A stretch of DNA of 64,000 nucleotides from Treponema sp. (GTDB lineage: Bacteria; Spirochaetota; Spirochaetia; Treponematales; Treponemataceae), in contig JAZLIM010000090.1 in assembly GCA_045617385.1 (NCBI GenBank), positions 2,845 through 66,844 on the forward strand, given 5' to 3'. The translations under genes were made by a program, and so were the position numbers. Position 1 is the first letter of the stretch. Every line of letters starts with the position of its first letter. The notes beneath the pieces are model-generated. The model saw nothing but the letters and a program-made list of their open reading frames with translations. It ran no database searches and was not told the DNA's origin. Below are positions 47,349 to 57,184 of this stretch, piece after piece.

Positions 47349-48202
47349 TTCATCTGGTCCAATACATCGGAAAGATGCAGCATTTCTTCAACAGTAAGAA
47401 CTTCTGCACGCTTCATAGGATCAATGCCGGCTTTTGAAAGAGCTTCAAGAGCCTTGTCGTTGTTCTTAAGGAATCCGGAAAGATTATTTCTTACGGTCTT
47501 ACGTCTTGAAGAAAAAAGAGCTCTCTGCATTTTTATAAAAAGAGCCGGATTATTGCAGCACGGAAAGTTTTCTTTTTTTGTAAAGAGAACTGCACGGGAA
47601 TCAACATTCGGTTTTGGCCAGAAGTTTCCCCCAGCAAGGTCTACAATATTCTTGATGTCATAAGCCCAGTTACAGAGAACCGAAAAAGAAGAATAGTCTT
47701 CAGAGCCTGGCTTAGCTGCCATTCTTACTGCAACTTCCTTCTGAACTGTAAAGACGCATTTTTCAAAACGTACGTTATTTTCGATTGTGTCTGCGATAAT
47801 TGAAGCGGCAATATTGTACGGAAGATTACCGAAAAATCTGTCGGGAAGTTTTTCTGTATTCAGTTCTTTCTTCCAGGTTTTCATTACATCGCCTTCTACA
47901 AGGCGGAAAGTATCTTTGTATTTTTCACCGAAGAACTCACGTAAAAGCCCCGCAAAGCCGCGGTCAATTTCGAATACAGTAAGATCAGCTCCTCTTGAAA
48001 GAATATCAGAAGTCATACATCCAAGACCTGGTCCAACTTCCCAGACAACAGACTTGTCATCAATATCAAGAGAATCCACAAGTTTTTTACGAGCATCTCC
48101 GTTTACAAGAAAATTCTGTCCGAATTTTTTCTGCATGGAAAGTCCCCGTTCTTCAAGGAAAGTTTTCAGTTCAGCCGGGGAATTATAATCTGGATGGTCC
48201 AT
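47345..48202 (-). CDS. rsmA: 16S rRNA dimethyladenosine transferase
   Basis: KKFGQNFL, EVGPGLG, EID, GNLPYNI, QKEVA, FWPKPNVDS. Start MDHPDY with GAGG RBS. Confidence 0.95.
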   Translation of the reverse strand: MDHPDYNSPAELKTFLEERGLSMQKKFGQNFLVNGDARKKLVDSLDIDDKSVVWEVGPGLGCMTSDILSRGADLTVFEIDRGFAGLLREFFGEKYKDTFRLVEGDVMKTWKKELNTEKLPDRFFGNLPYNIAASIIADTIENNVRFEKCVFTVQKEVAVRMAAKPGSEDYSSFSVLCNWAYDIKNIVDLAGGNFWPKPNVDSRAVLFTKKENFPCCNNPALFIKMQRALFSSRRKTVRNNLSGFLKNNDKALEALSKAGIDPMKRAEVLTVEEMLHLSDVLDQMK

Positions 48203-48209
48203 AAAACCT

Positions 48210-49460
48210 CTAATTAATCTGAATGGCTGGAATCCGTGCAAAAACAGATACCATATTTCTTATTAAAGTATACTGAATTCCCATAAAAAAATCACCCAAA
48301 GGAACAAGAACGGGAAAAGCCATACAGATAAGAATCATAAGAAGACCTGAATAAATAAAGAGCGTTACAAGGGGTGAAACAAAAAGAGAAGAAATAATTC
48401 CGCCGGGAACAAGTTTTCCGAAAAGGCTCAAACTTACGGGTGCTGTAAAACACTGGGCTCCCGTTGAAACAGAAAGGTTTTGAGCAATCTTCTGTGGAAT
48501 CAGGTAACCGTAAAGTTTTCTGAAAAATCCTCCAAGAATCAGAATCCCAAGAAGCGCACCGTAAGACAGAAGAAAGCCTGAATTCGTAAGGTCGTTTGGC
48601 GAAAGCATTGCCTGGCAGACAAAAGAAAAACAAAGCACTTCAAGCATATCCGATTTCTTTACGTTGATTACCCCCTGGAAAAGCAGAACCGAATTACATA
48701 TAAACGCCCTTAAAAGAGATGGAGAAAGGCCTGCAAACCATACGAAAATAATTACGGAAACCAGCTGCAGAGCTTGAGTTAATCGTTTCCGGCCGATTCT
48801 GGTTCCAAGGAAAACTGCAATTCCCGAAAACATTGAAAGGTGCATTCCGGAAAGTGCCAGAATGTGGCTGAGGCCGGCATCGCGGAATCCGTCTGAAAGA
48901 TCCGGTTCTGTGTATTCACGGGAACCTGAAAGCAAAGCAAGAAGGAGTCCCCCGGATGGCCCCCAGGAATACATCATCCTTTTGAACTGTAGTCTTGCAA
49001 GTGCCCTTACATACTTTATACGGTTAAGGAGCCCGGGACCGAAACCTTTGTTCCGTACAGTTTCAGAAAAGAACATTCCTTGCCTGAAGGAACCTGTTAC
49101 GGTAACAAGGCTCCCGTTTTCAATGAACTCTTTCTGGCGGCTTTCTGAGTACAGTTTCCCCGGAAAAAGACTTTCAACAATTTCAGACGGAATAAAAAGC
49201 CGTACCTTCCCGGTGACACTTCCCGAAATTTTTTCACCTTCCGCAAAGTCTGCTTCAAAAAAACACTGATAATACTTTCCTGAACTGCATTTTGAAGGAG
49301 ACGAACATACAGTTCCTTCAAGGGTTCTGATACTGTTTTCAGGACAGACTGAATTGAAAGCGTCTTTTTCTGGAATGCTGAAAAGACCTGAATAAACAAG
49401 AACAGCACAGAAAAAAGACGCAATAATGACGGGATTACTTTTTAGTTTATCTTTTACCAT
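48210..49460 (-). CDS. comEC: ComEC/Rec2 competence domain protein
   Basis: FRDAGLSHILALSGMHL, SPSLLRA, GFLLSY. Confidence 0.88.
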   Translation of the reverse strand: MVKDKLKSNPVIIASFFCAVLVYSGLFSIPEKDAFNSVCPENSIRTLEGTVCSSPSKCSSGKYYQCFFEADFAEGEKISGSVTGKVRLFIPSEIVESLFPGKLYSESRQKEFIENGSLVTVTGSFRQGMFFSETVRNKGFGPGLLNRIKYVRALARLQFKRMMYSWGPSGGLLLALLSGSREYTEPDLSDGFRDAGLSHILALSGMHLSMFSGIAVFLGTRIGRKRLTQALQLVSVIIFVWFAGLSPSLLRAFICNSVLLFQGVINVKKSDMLEVLCFSFVCQAMLSPNDLTNSGFLLSYGALLGILILGGFFRKLYGYLIPQKIAQNLSVSTGAQCFTAPVSLSLFGKLVPGGIISSLFVSPLVTLFIYSGLLMILICMAFPVLVPLGDFFMGIQYTLIRNMVSVFARIPAIQIN

Positions 49461-50626
49461 TTCAGTCCTGACAAAGCCTCACGGGCTGCTGCCAGAACTG
49501 TCTGAGGATAGTTGTAATAAGTAACACTAAGAAGAGAATCAAATGCACTCTTATCTCCGATAGCACCCAGAGTATTGATTACAGCAAGAACTACAGCTTC
49601 TGAAACCTTCTGTTTGGCTTCAACCTGTCTGTTCAGGCTTTCGAGATACTCAATGAGCGGTGAAACCGCACCGAACGGAGATACATCATAAAGTGAAGTG
49701 ATAACAGTAATGAAACTGTTTTCGTCCATATAATTTTTTCCGTAAAGACCGGAAGAAACATCAAAGTAAGTAAGAAGAACTGCAGAAGCTCTTGTCCATC
49801 TGTTGCGTTTAAGAACTTTTACTGCAGAAATCTGAAGACCGATAATGTTTTCATCCAGAACCTGAGAATCTCTCATTATAATTAATGTCCCGGAAAGAAT
49901 TTTTTCGGCAATTTCCGAAAGGAAATTTTCATTTATTTTTGCTTTTTCTTTTTCAAGAAGTCTGAAGAAAGCAGATATGCGTTCAATATTGTTACCAGAA
50001 GCTATTGTAAGAGCTTCGTTCATAGACTGAGGAATAAGGGAAACGATTACTTTTTCAAAATCATTGTTGAATCCGGCAAATTTTCCTGAAGCCCAGAGAT
50101 TGTAACAAACAATAAAGGATTCATTGTTTCCGTAGCCTGCAAGGAAATTCAGGGCTGACTTGAATACGGCTGCATCAGTTTTTTCATTTTCAGAAGAATA
50201 AAGATACACGTTCAGGAATTTTACAAAGGACTGAATGTTTGCGTCTTTTGAAAGCTGTGTAAGTTTTGAAATAACTGCAATCTGTACTGTAGGAGAAGTC
50301 TTGAAGGAATCAAAAAGGGAAATGAAATCTTTTATAACACGTTCCTTTCCCTGGTCTGTAAGAGACTGAAGATAATCCTGCGGATATGAAAGAACTGCAG
50401 CTACGGCAAGGCCGTCGAGTTCCCTGTCCTCTTCAAGATAAGTCTTGCTTTCAAGAACCATGCTGAAAGCCTTGTTACAAAGCCACACGGCATCACTGCC
50501 AGAAGATTCCCTTACAGCGGCAGTCTTTTCTGCAATGTTTCCTTTGATGAATTTTTCAATTTTTGTCTGACCAAAACAGTTGAAGGCCAGAACTGCAAAT
50601 AAAATCAGATAAACGTTTTTTTTCAT
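49454..50626 (-). CDS. Exported HEAT-repeat-like hypothetical protein
   Basis: Signal peptide; all-helical; AVINTLGAIGDKSAFDSLL. Confidence 0.65.
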   Translation of the reverse strand: MKKNVYLILFAVLAFNCFGQTKIEKFIKGNIAEKTAAVRESSGSDAVWLCNKAFSMVLESKTYLEEDRELDGLAVAAVLSYPQDYLQSLTDQGKERVIKDFISLFDSFKTSPTVQIAVISKLTQLSKDANIQSFVKFLNVYLYSSENEKTDAAVFKSALNFLAGYGNNESFIVCYNLWASGKFAGFNNDFEKVIVSLIPQSMNEALTIASGNNIERISAFFRLLEKEKAKINENFLSEIAEKILSGTLIIMRDSQVLDENIIGLQISAVKVLKRNRWTRASAVLLTYFDVSSGLYGKNYMDENSFITVITSLYDVSPFGAVSPLIEYLESLNRQVEAKQKVSEAVVLAVINTLGAIGDKSAFDSLLSVTYYNYPQTVLAAAREALSGLKW

Positions 50627-50641
50627 AAACAGTCCGGAAAA

Positions 50642-51868
50642 TCAGTTCATGTTATAATCTACATCAGCCCCGTCTTTCTTTACGGGAAACAGTGCATCCA
50701 TATCAGGAAGCTCACCGTCCATTGAAGTATCAATGAGTCCTACTTCAATATCAGGAACCTTTACAAGGTCTCCGTTTTCATCAAGTTTCTTTCCCTGAAG
50801 GTCAGATTCATCAAGCTCCTGTTCTGCTTCCTTTTCATCGGAATCGGTAAGTTTAAGGGCATCATAAACTTCCTTGTCTGATTCAGGAAGAAGATTATAA
50901 ACGTAACTGAGAATCTCGTTTTTCATGTGAGGTTCCAGATGAATACATTCAAAGTGAAGTCTTGTCTGGTTGATTTCTGCATTGTACTCCACAGTACGCA
51001 CAATACCGAACATAAGGATAAGCTTGTTGTTGATATTGAACTGAAGCTTGATTCTCATATTCGGAGCGCCCTTTCCACCAATACGGATAAGAGCGCCGCA
51101 TTCAGAAATGTCTTCCAGAAGACATCTGTACCCCTGGGCAGTTTCCACAGCGTTGTAGTTGATTACCTCTTCCTTAACAAAATACAGACTGGCGTGAATG
51201 TTACATTTTGCACGGACTGCCTGGCGTTTCTGAGTTCTTAAAAGATTTGAAGAATGCTTAAGGTAGAGACAGAGTTTTCCAAGGAAAATGCCCTGGTTAT
51301 TAACGATTGTGTCGAATACATAACGGGCATCGCCGTTTCGCCAGAGATAAACGTTTACGGTTTTTCCAACCCATTCTTCAGCAGGAACAGGAATCATGTT
51401 TTTCTGCTTCGGCATACTGATTGTAATCTCACTTCCGTTGTTTACGATTTCAGAAACGAAAACACCTTTACCAGGAAGAATGATTCTCAGGCGCTGGCCC
51501 TTATCAAGATACAGGGTTGAATCAAGTCCTTTTTTATCGTCGGCTTCATTCTGGATCTTGGTACGGAAAGCAAAAAGCTTTGACATCATTGACTGCATTC
51601 TTGGAGACTTGTCAGTTCCTTCACGCTGGGCTTTTGCATTGATTTCCGACATACATCTTGTAAGGGACGGAAGAGAAAAATAAAGGGAACTTGGTTCAGG
51701 AAGGCTGCATTCCTTTGCAACATCCCAGAGCATTTTTATTTCACCAAGAGAAAACCTTGAATCCAGACCTGTAACCACAAAATGGATTCTTTCCTTGAAA
51801 ATCTGATATATTTTTGAAACTACAGCGAGAATAGCAATTACGATAATTATCGCCAATAAAGTTGACAC
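50642..51868 (-). CDS. Membrane-anchored PilZ-domain (YcgR-like) c-di-GMP receptor
   Basis: N-terminal TM; RxxxR (QKRQAVR) and DxSxxG (DISECG); acidic tail. Confidence 0.85.
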   Translation of the reverse strand: MSTLLAIIIVIAILAVVSKIYQIFKERIHFVVTGLDSRFSLGEIKMLWDVAKECSLPEPSSLYFSLPSLTRCMSEINAKAQREGTDKSPRMQSMMSKLFAFRTKIQNEADDKKGLDSTLYLDKGQRLRIILPGKGVFVSEIVNNGSEITISMPKQKNMIPVPAEEWVGKTVNVYLWRNGDARYVFDTIVNNQGIFLGKLCLYLKHSSNLLRTQKRQAVRAKCNIHASLYFVKEEVINYNAVETAQGYRCLLEDISECGALIRIGGKGAPNMRIKLQFNINNKLILMFGIVRTVEYNAEINQTRLHFECIHLEPHMKNEILSYVYNLLPESDKEVYDALKLTDSDEKEAEQELDESDLQGKKLDENGDLVKVPDIEVGLIDTSMDGELPDMDALFPVKKDGADVDYNMN

Positions 51869-51921
51869 AAAAACCTCGATACAATATTTTTCTTAATATC
51901 TTAAATTATACCACAATATAT

Positions 51922-52578
51922 ATGAAAATTCATTCAGTAAATTATAGATTTTTAACATTTGTGACTGTCCTTGTTTTCTGCGCTTTACCGCCTCTATTTA
52001 CAAAACAGACACCTCATACAATGTTCCTTTCCTGGGATTTTCCCTGGCAGGCCCTGGGCCTTGCCCTTTTTTCCGTGGTTCTGATTTATGTTTCAAGAGA
52101 CCTTATTCCGCCTTTCCGCTCTGCTTTCATAAAACAGATTCTCTTTGCACTTTCAGTTTTTCTTTTACTGAACCTTTCAGCAGTGTTCTTCAGGTTTCTT
52201 TCAGATCATTGTTCAGGACTTCCTGAAACTGAATTCAATAAGCCCGGAGTTTTCAGTGAATATGTTTTCTGTATTCTGAATTTTCTTTTCAGTGCTTTTT
52301 ACGAGGAAACGGTCTACAGGTTTTTTATTCCTGAATGTCTTTCAAAACTGATTTCAAAAAAGATACAGAATCCGAAACTCTGCTTTTTTGTTACAGAAGG
52401 AACAGCCCTTGTTCTTTTTGCACTGGGCCATATGTATCTTGGATTCCTTTCCGTTCTGAATGCTGGGGCCGCTTACGCAGTGCTTCGTTTTGTTTTCAAA
52501 AAAAGCGGTTCTCTGATTCCGGGAACTTCAGGACACTTCGCCTACAATCTCTTCCAGCTTCTTATAAGTCCATTCTGA
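51922..52578 (+). CDS. CPBP (CAAX/Abi) intramembrane glutamic endopeptidase
   Basis: EETVYR, FALGH, HFAYN motifs; multiple TM segments. Start uncertain. Confidence 0.82.
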   Translation: MKIHSVNYRFLTFVTVLVFCALPPLFTKQTPHTMFLSWDFPWQALGLALFSVVLIYVSRDLIPPFRSAFIKQILFALSVFLLLNLSAVFFRFLSDHCSGLPETEFNKPGVFSEYVFCILNFLFSAFYEETVYRFFIPECLSKLISKKIQNPKLCFFVTEGTALVLFALGHMYLGFLSVLNAGAAYAVLRFVFKKSGSLIPGTSGHFAYNLFQLLISPF

Positions 52579-53385
52579 AACTGAAACAGCATATTCCATT
52601 TTTTTTCCGCCGGATGGATTTTCATATTCCACTTCCACGTGGTATCTCCCTTCCCCTTCCACACGGAAAAATTTCAGTCTGTATTCAGAAGTATCGCCCA
52701 TAAAAATCTTAAAGACTTTTTCAGGAACAGAAGAATTTTCCGGAACAAAAAAAGAAATGCCTCCGTGACGCAGTTCAAGAATTCCGGTTTTGGAAACATT
52801 CATTACGTCATTTTCTCTGTACGGAATTCCCGTATTTCTTGTAAGGAGATAAGGATCGCTCCACTGCCGTTCAGAAACGTAAAGAAATTTTTCAAAGGAT
52901 CTGTCTGTAAGCATTACGTTTTTCCCGTCTGCAGAAACGTATCTTCCGGTTCCTGAAAAATCAGAATCACCGAAGTAAAGTTCCCGAAGGCTTCCGTTTT
53001 CCATGACGCGGATAACAAAAGCATTTTCATCACTTAGAGAAAAATCATCAGCATGGCCTTTGATTGTGGTATAACTTTTATAACGGCAAAGTTCAGAAAG
53101 GAGTTCTTCTACCTTTTCGTTTTTTGCGGGAATAAAAAAACTTCCCTCATCGGTGTAGTACCCGCAGAACCAGTTTCCGCCCTTCTTCTGAAAATCAAGA
53201 ACCTGAGTTCCGCTTTTCAGTTCAAAAAAATCAGCATCCTTTTTCATAAGAGGATTCAAAAGACAGGTCTTTACCGAAACCTTGTTTATTGATTTTCCCT
53301 TACCGGGAAAAAATGAAGGAACAAGCCCTGTTCCAAGAAGAATAATCAGAATCAAAAGAAAGGTATTTATACGGTCTTTCTGCAT
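52528..53385 (-). CDS. DUF4340-like accessory protein of the Gld-like ABC system
   Basis: N-terminal TM, periplasmic beta-rich domain, downstream of the GldF/G-like gene. Confidence 0.55.
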   Translation of the reverse strand: MQKDRINTFLLILIILLGTGLVPSFFPGKGKSINKVSVKTCLLNPLMKKDADFFELKSGTQVLDFQKKGGNWFCGYYTDEGSFFIPAKNEKVEELLSELCRYKSYTTIKGHADDFSLSDENAFVIRVMENGSLRELYFGDSDFSGTGRYVSADGKNVMLTDRSFEKFLYVSERQWSDPYLLTRNTGIPYRENDVMNVSKTGILELRHGGISFFVPENSSVPEKVFKIFMGDTSEYRLKFFRVEGEGRYHVEVEYENPSGGKKMEYAVSVSEWTYKKLEEIVGEVS

Positions 53386-53387
53386 TT

Positions 53388-55484
53388 TTACCTCATGCTT
53401 CTTTTGTAGAGTGAACGGTCTTTGATAGTCTTTCTGTGGAGGGCAGCAAGTTCAGGATATCCGTTCATTTCCCAGAAAAGACCGGTAAGGAAAACAAAAT
53501 TCCTGAAATCCCCGTTTTCACCGCCAATAAAGCCGTTTGTGTAAAAAGAAGCAAAATACTGGTCTGAAATTACATAAATTCCGCATTTTGTAACTGCATT
53601 GTCTGTACAGGTAACAGGCAGGAAACAGCCAACTACCTGGTTTTGTAATGCAGATGTCTGTACATCTGACAGTTTTACCTTAAACGGGTTAGTTTCAATA
53701 AGGAACCCGGTTTCGTCAAAATTCATGAGTTTTTCGCCTGAATGGGAAGAAGAAACAAGATACGGAACCGCATTTCCCGTAAGTTCAAGAGGACTTGTCC
53801 AGAAAACGTTGATTCCGATTGCAGCGTTTTCCTGCGGAGGAAGGCTCAGCCACAAAGGATAATTGATTATTTCCGGAAGTCCTTCGGGAGTATCTTCACT
53901 CATCATGCTGATTCTCTGGCAGGAATAATCAAGCACCATGGAAGGTCTGTAATTGATTCCTCTTTCTGTAAGCCCGTTTGTAATTGAACATTCCGTATTT
54001 TCAAAAACAGACCAGTCACCTCTTACATCTACTGAATAAGGAGAGTTCAAAAAGAGAATGCTGCCCTTTCCCGCTTCAGCATAATCAAAAATATCCTGTG
54101 CTTCATTTTCCGAAAGAATACTTTCTCCCGTTACAACCAAAGGACCTTCCATTTCTGAAAGATCTTCCCCCCTTACCTGTTTCACTGCAATTCCCTGATT
54201 ATTAAACCACTCTTTAAAAAGCCTCAGGTCATCTTCAAGTTCCATACCGTTTCCGGAAATGAATTTGAATTCAGGTGAGACACCGAAGCCAAGTTCAAGA
54301 AGCTTAAGTGAAATCTGATATTCAAGATTTGCCGGTGAAAGAACGAATGGAACAACACCGATGTTTCCGCCGCATTCAAGAACAACAGCCGAATAGACGT
54401 CGGTAAACTCTGTGGAAGTTGAATTATCTGTTCTGATTCTCTGAGGATAGATTCCATAACCTGAAAGAAATTCCCTGGCAGAAGAATCGCGGTCGCAGTC
54501 TGTAACTTTCAGAATCACATTGCTTCCGTTTCTTTCATACTGCTTCAAAAAGTCCCGCACATTCCTTACCTCAGGGTACAAAGCTTCAAGTTTTCCGGAT
54601 TTATAAAAATGAATGGAAACGGTACGGTCACACTCTTTCAGAAGTTTTTTTGAGTATGAAGAAAGCGAATAAATTTTATCGGAAGAAAAATCCAGGGTGA
54701 ACCTGAACTTTCCGTTGTAGGCAAAAAGAAGAATGAATAAGAGAACCGAATAAAAAATCCGTGTTTTATGATTGCGGTTGAACACGAATCCTTTTTTGAT
54801 TTCAAGAACCAGATAATCACAAAAGAGAAAGCCTGAAGAAACAAGCACATAAAAAATAAAATCACTTGAACTGAAAATTCCTCTTGAAGCATTTTCAAAA
54901 CGGCCTGCAAATCCAGAAGCGTAAAAAAGACCTGTAAAAAATTTCGGAAGAGAAAAATAAACTGGCAGCAGATGACAGGAATTGAAAGCTGCAAGAACAA
55001 GAGAAGAAACTGCAAATGCAGATACAGCTTTTCCTGTAATGTCAGAAATCAGAAAACAGAGAGAAACCGCTGAAAGGCCGTAAAAAATCAGGGCAAGAAA
55101 ACTTAAAAAGACTTCCCCAGAATCTATATCACCGTAAAACGAAACGAATAGAGGCATCCATAAAAGAAGAACCATCATTATTCCGTAAGCGGAAATATGG
55201 GATGCAAAATTCAAAAGATTTTTTCTGAAGGTAGAAAGCGGAACGAAATCATCGTAAGCGGAATTCTTTTTGAGGCAGAAAGCCGGTACAAGAATTACGG
55301 AAACATAAGGGACGTAAGAAAAATATGCTGTAAGCGAAGAAGTTCCTGCAGGGGTAAAAAACTTTGTTCTTGTAAAAAAGGCAATGGCGGAAGCAAGAAC
55401 CATAACAAGTGAATTGATCCAGAAAAGAGGTGAAGAAATTATTGAACGGAATTTATGGCGGAAAAAAACAGAAGAAGTTTTCAT
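53388..55484 (-). CDS. Fused GldF-like permease / GldG-like ABC auxiliary protein
   Basis: N-terminal TM domain; LDFSSDKIYSLS, VRDFLKQY, YSAVVL, LEYQI. Confidence 0.75.
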   Translation of the reverse strand: MKTSSVFFRHKFRSIISSPLFWINSLVMVLASAIAFFTRTKFFTPAGTSSLTAYFSYVPYVSVILVPAFCLKKNSAYDDFVPLSTFRKNLLNFASHISAYGIMMVLLLWMPLFVSFYGDIDSGEVFLSFLALIFYGLSAVSLCFLISDITGKAVSAFAVSSLVLAAFNSCHLLPVYFSLPKFFTGLFYASGFAGRFENASRGIFSSSDFIFYVLVSSGFLFCDYLVLEIKKGFVFNRNHKTRIFYSVLLFILLFAYNGKFRFTLDFSSDKIYSLSSYSKKLLKECDRTVSIHFYKSGKLEALYPEVRNVRDFLKQYERNGSNVILKVTDCDRDSSAREFLSGYGIYPQRIRTDNSTSTEFTDVYSAVVLECGGNIGVVPFVLSPANLEYQISLKLLELGFGVSPEFKFISGNGMELEDDLRLFKEWFNNQGIAVKQVRGEDLSEMEGPLVVTGESILSENEAQDIFDYAEAGKGSILFLNSPYSVDVRGDWSVFENTECSITNGLTERGINYRPSMVLDYSCQRISMMSEDTPEGLPEIINYPLWLSLPPQENAAIGINVFWTSPLELTGNAVPYLVSSSHSGEKLMNFDETGFLIETNPFKVKLSDVQTSALQNQVVGCFLPVTCTDNAVTKCGIYVISDQYFASFYTNGFIGGENGDFRNFVFLTGLFWEMNGYPELAALHRKTIKDRSLYKRSMR

Positions 55485-56215
55485 AATTTCAGGAAAGCCT
55501 CCTCAAAAGTTTTTGAACCTGTCTTAAGAATAATTTCTTCTTCCGTTCCAGAGGCTGCAAGGCGGCCGTTCTTCATTACAAGAACAGAGCTGCAAAGATT
55601 ATGAACTTCTGAAAGGTTATGTGTTGAAACAAGAACGGTCTTGTTCTTTGATTCTTCAAGAATCAGGGTACGCATCTGAATGATCTGGCTCGGGTCCAGA
55701 CCGGAAAAAGGTTCATCCAGTACAAGAACCGAAGGATTTCCCGTAAGTGCCTGTGCAAAGGAAACTCTCTGCCGGAATCCTTTTGAAAGAGTGCGTATTT
55801 TCTTTTCTGAAACAGATTCAAGCCCGCACTTTCTGAGTGCTTCTTCCCTGGCTTTTTCTGCATCAGATTTTTCAGTGTGGAACAAAGAAGCAACGTAAAA
55901 AACAAAATCCCGAACTTTCATTTCGGAAGGAAGAACAGGATTCTCAGGTACGTAGCCCGTAATTGCTTTTACTTTTTCGGGATTCCGTGCGGCATCAATT
56001 TTTGTTCCGTCAGAGGACGTAAGAAAAACACTTCCTGAAGAAGCATAATGATTTCCGGTAACAGCTTTCAGGATGGTAGATTTTCCGCTTCCGTTTTCAC
56101 CAACAATACCCGTAACAACTCCGGGAAGACATTTAAAGCTTACCCCTTCCACAGCATAGGAATCATTTTTTTTATGAGACGAATAGCTTTTACAGAAATC
56201 TACAAGTTCGATCAA
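55481..56215 (-). CDS. ABC transporter ATP-binding protein (GldA-like)
   Basis: GENGSGKST, LSKGFRQRV, LDEPFSGLDP.QI, STHNLSEV. Confidence 0.88.
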   Translation of the reverse strand: MIELVDFCKSYSSHKKNDSYAVEGVSFKCLPGVVTGIVGENGSGKSTILKAVTGNHYASSGSVFLTSSDGTKIDAARNPEKVKAITGYVPENPVLPSEMKVRDFVFYVASLFHTEKSDAEKAREEALRKCGLESVSEKKIRTLSKGFRQRVSFAQALTGNPSVLVLDEPFSGLDPSQIIQMRTLILEESKNKTVLVSTHNLSEVHNLCSSVLVMKNGRLAASGTEEEIILKTGSKTFEEAFLKL

Positions 56216-56257
56216 TCAGAACCCCACCCTTTGTTCCAACCAGTCTTAATCTAATTC

Positions 56258-57184
56258 CTAATCTTCATAAGGAATTTCTATCTGCATACGGTCACGGCTA
56301 AGCTCTGCCTGAGGCCAGACTTCACGGGCTTCATCCAGAAGAATCTGGAGTTCCTTGTCATTGTACCGCGGACTGTAATGGATCAGGGCCATACGTTTTA
56401 CATTGGCATCGCGAGCAATTGTGGCAGCCTGCTTTGCAGTCATGTGCTTCTTTTCTCTGGCCTGATCTTCCAGAGCTTCTTCAAACATGCCTTCGCAGAT
56501 CAGAAGGTCAGACCCCTGCACTTCCTTTGCAATGGAAGGAAGGTAAAGCGTGTCAGTTACGTAACTGAATTTTCGTCCTGATCTTTTTTCACCCATAACC
56601 TGTTCAGGTTTTACTGTAGTTCCGTCTGAAGCCTGAACTTCAAATCCTTTCTGAAGCTGCCCCCATAAAGGTCCGCATGGAACACCAAGTTCACGGGCTT
56701 TGTCAGGATCAAAGGCTCCCGGCCTGTCGATTTCTTCAAGTGTGTAGCCTACACAGGTCTTTGTATGTTCCAGAGGGAACGCACGTATATAATAATCTTC
56801 TCCCGCATGCACAACACAAGGGGCTGTAATTTCCTTTACCACAATCGGATAGTTGATGTACATATCCAGAACCTTGCGGCTAGTTTCAATGTATTCCTTG
56901 ATTTTCGGAGGTCCGTAAATGTAAAGAGGTTCAGTACGGTCAACCTGTGCCGAAAGCATAAGAATTCCAGGAAGGCCTGTAACATGATCAGCGTGAGTGT
57001 GAGAAACAAATATGGCGTTGATTTTCTTCCACTTGAGGTTCAGGCGGCGCAGGCTTACCTGAGTACCTTCTCCTCCGTCAAAAAGAAAAAGATCTCCGTC
57101 ACGTCTGAGCAGTACCGAAGTCAGATGACGGTAAGGAAGCGGCATCATACCGCTGGTGCCAAGAACAAAAGCTTCTAAATTCAA
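56258..57184 (-). CDS. rnz: Ribonuclease Z
   Basis: LGTSG..P...R, SHTHADH, GP exosite arm, YVTDT, HMTA, HYSPRY. Confidence 0.95.
   Translation of the reverse strand: MNLEAFVLGTSGMMPLPYRHLTSVLLRRDGDLFLFDGGEGTQVSLRRLNLKWKKINAIFVSHTHADHVTGLPGILMLSAQVDRTEPLYIYGPPKIKEYIETSRKVLDMYINYPIVVKEITAPCVVHAGEDYYIRAFPLEHTKTCVGYTLEEIDRPGAFDPDKARELGVPCGPLWGQLQKGFEVQASDGTTVKPEQVMGEKRSGRKFSYVTDTLYLPSIAKEVQGSDLLICEGMFEEALEDQAREKKHMTAKQAATIARDANVKRMALIHYSPRYNDKELQILLDEAREVWPQAELSRDRMQIEIPYED

Noticed and set aside
51922-52578. Abi phage-defence gene
   Set aside because: The motifs are those of a CPBP/CAAX membrane protease; the Abi name is historical and there is no defence context.
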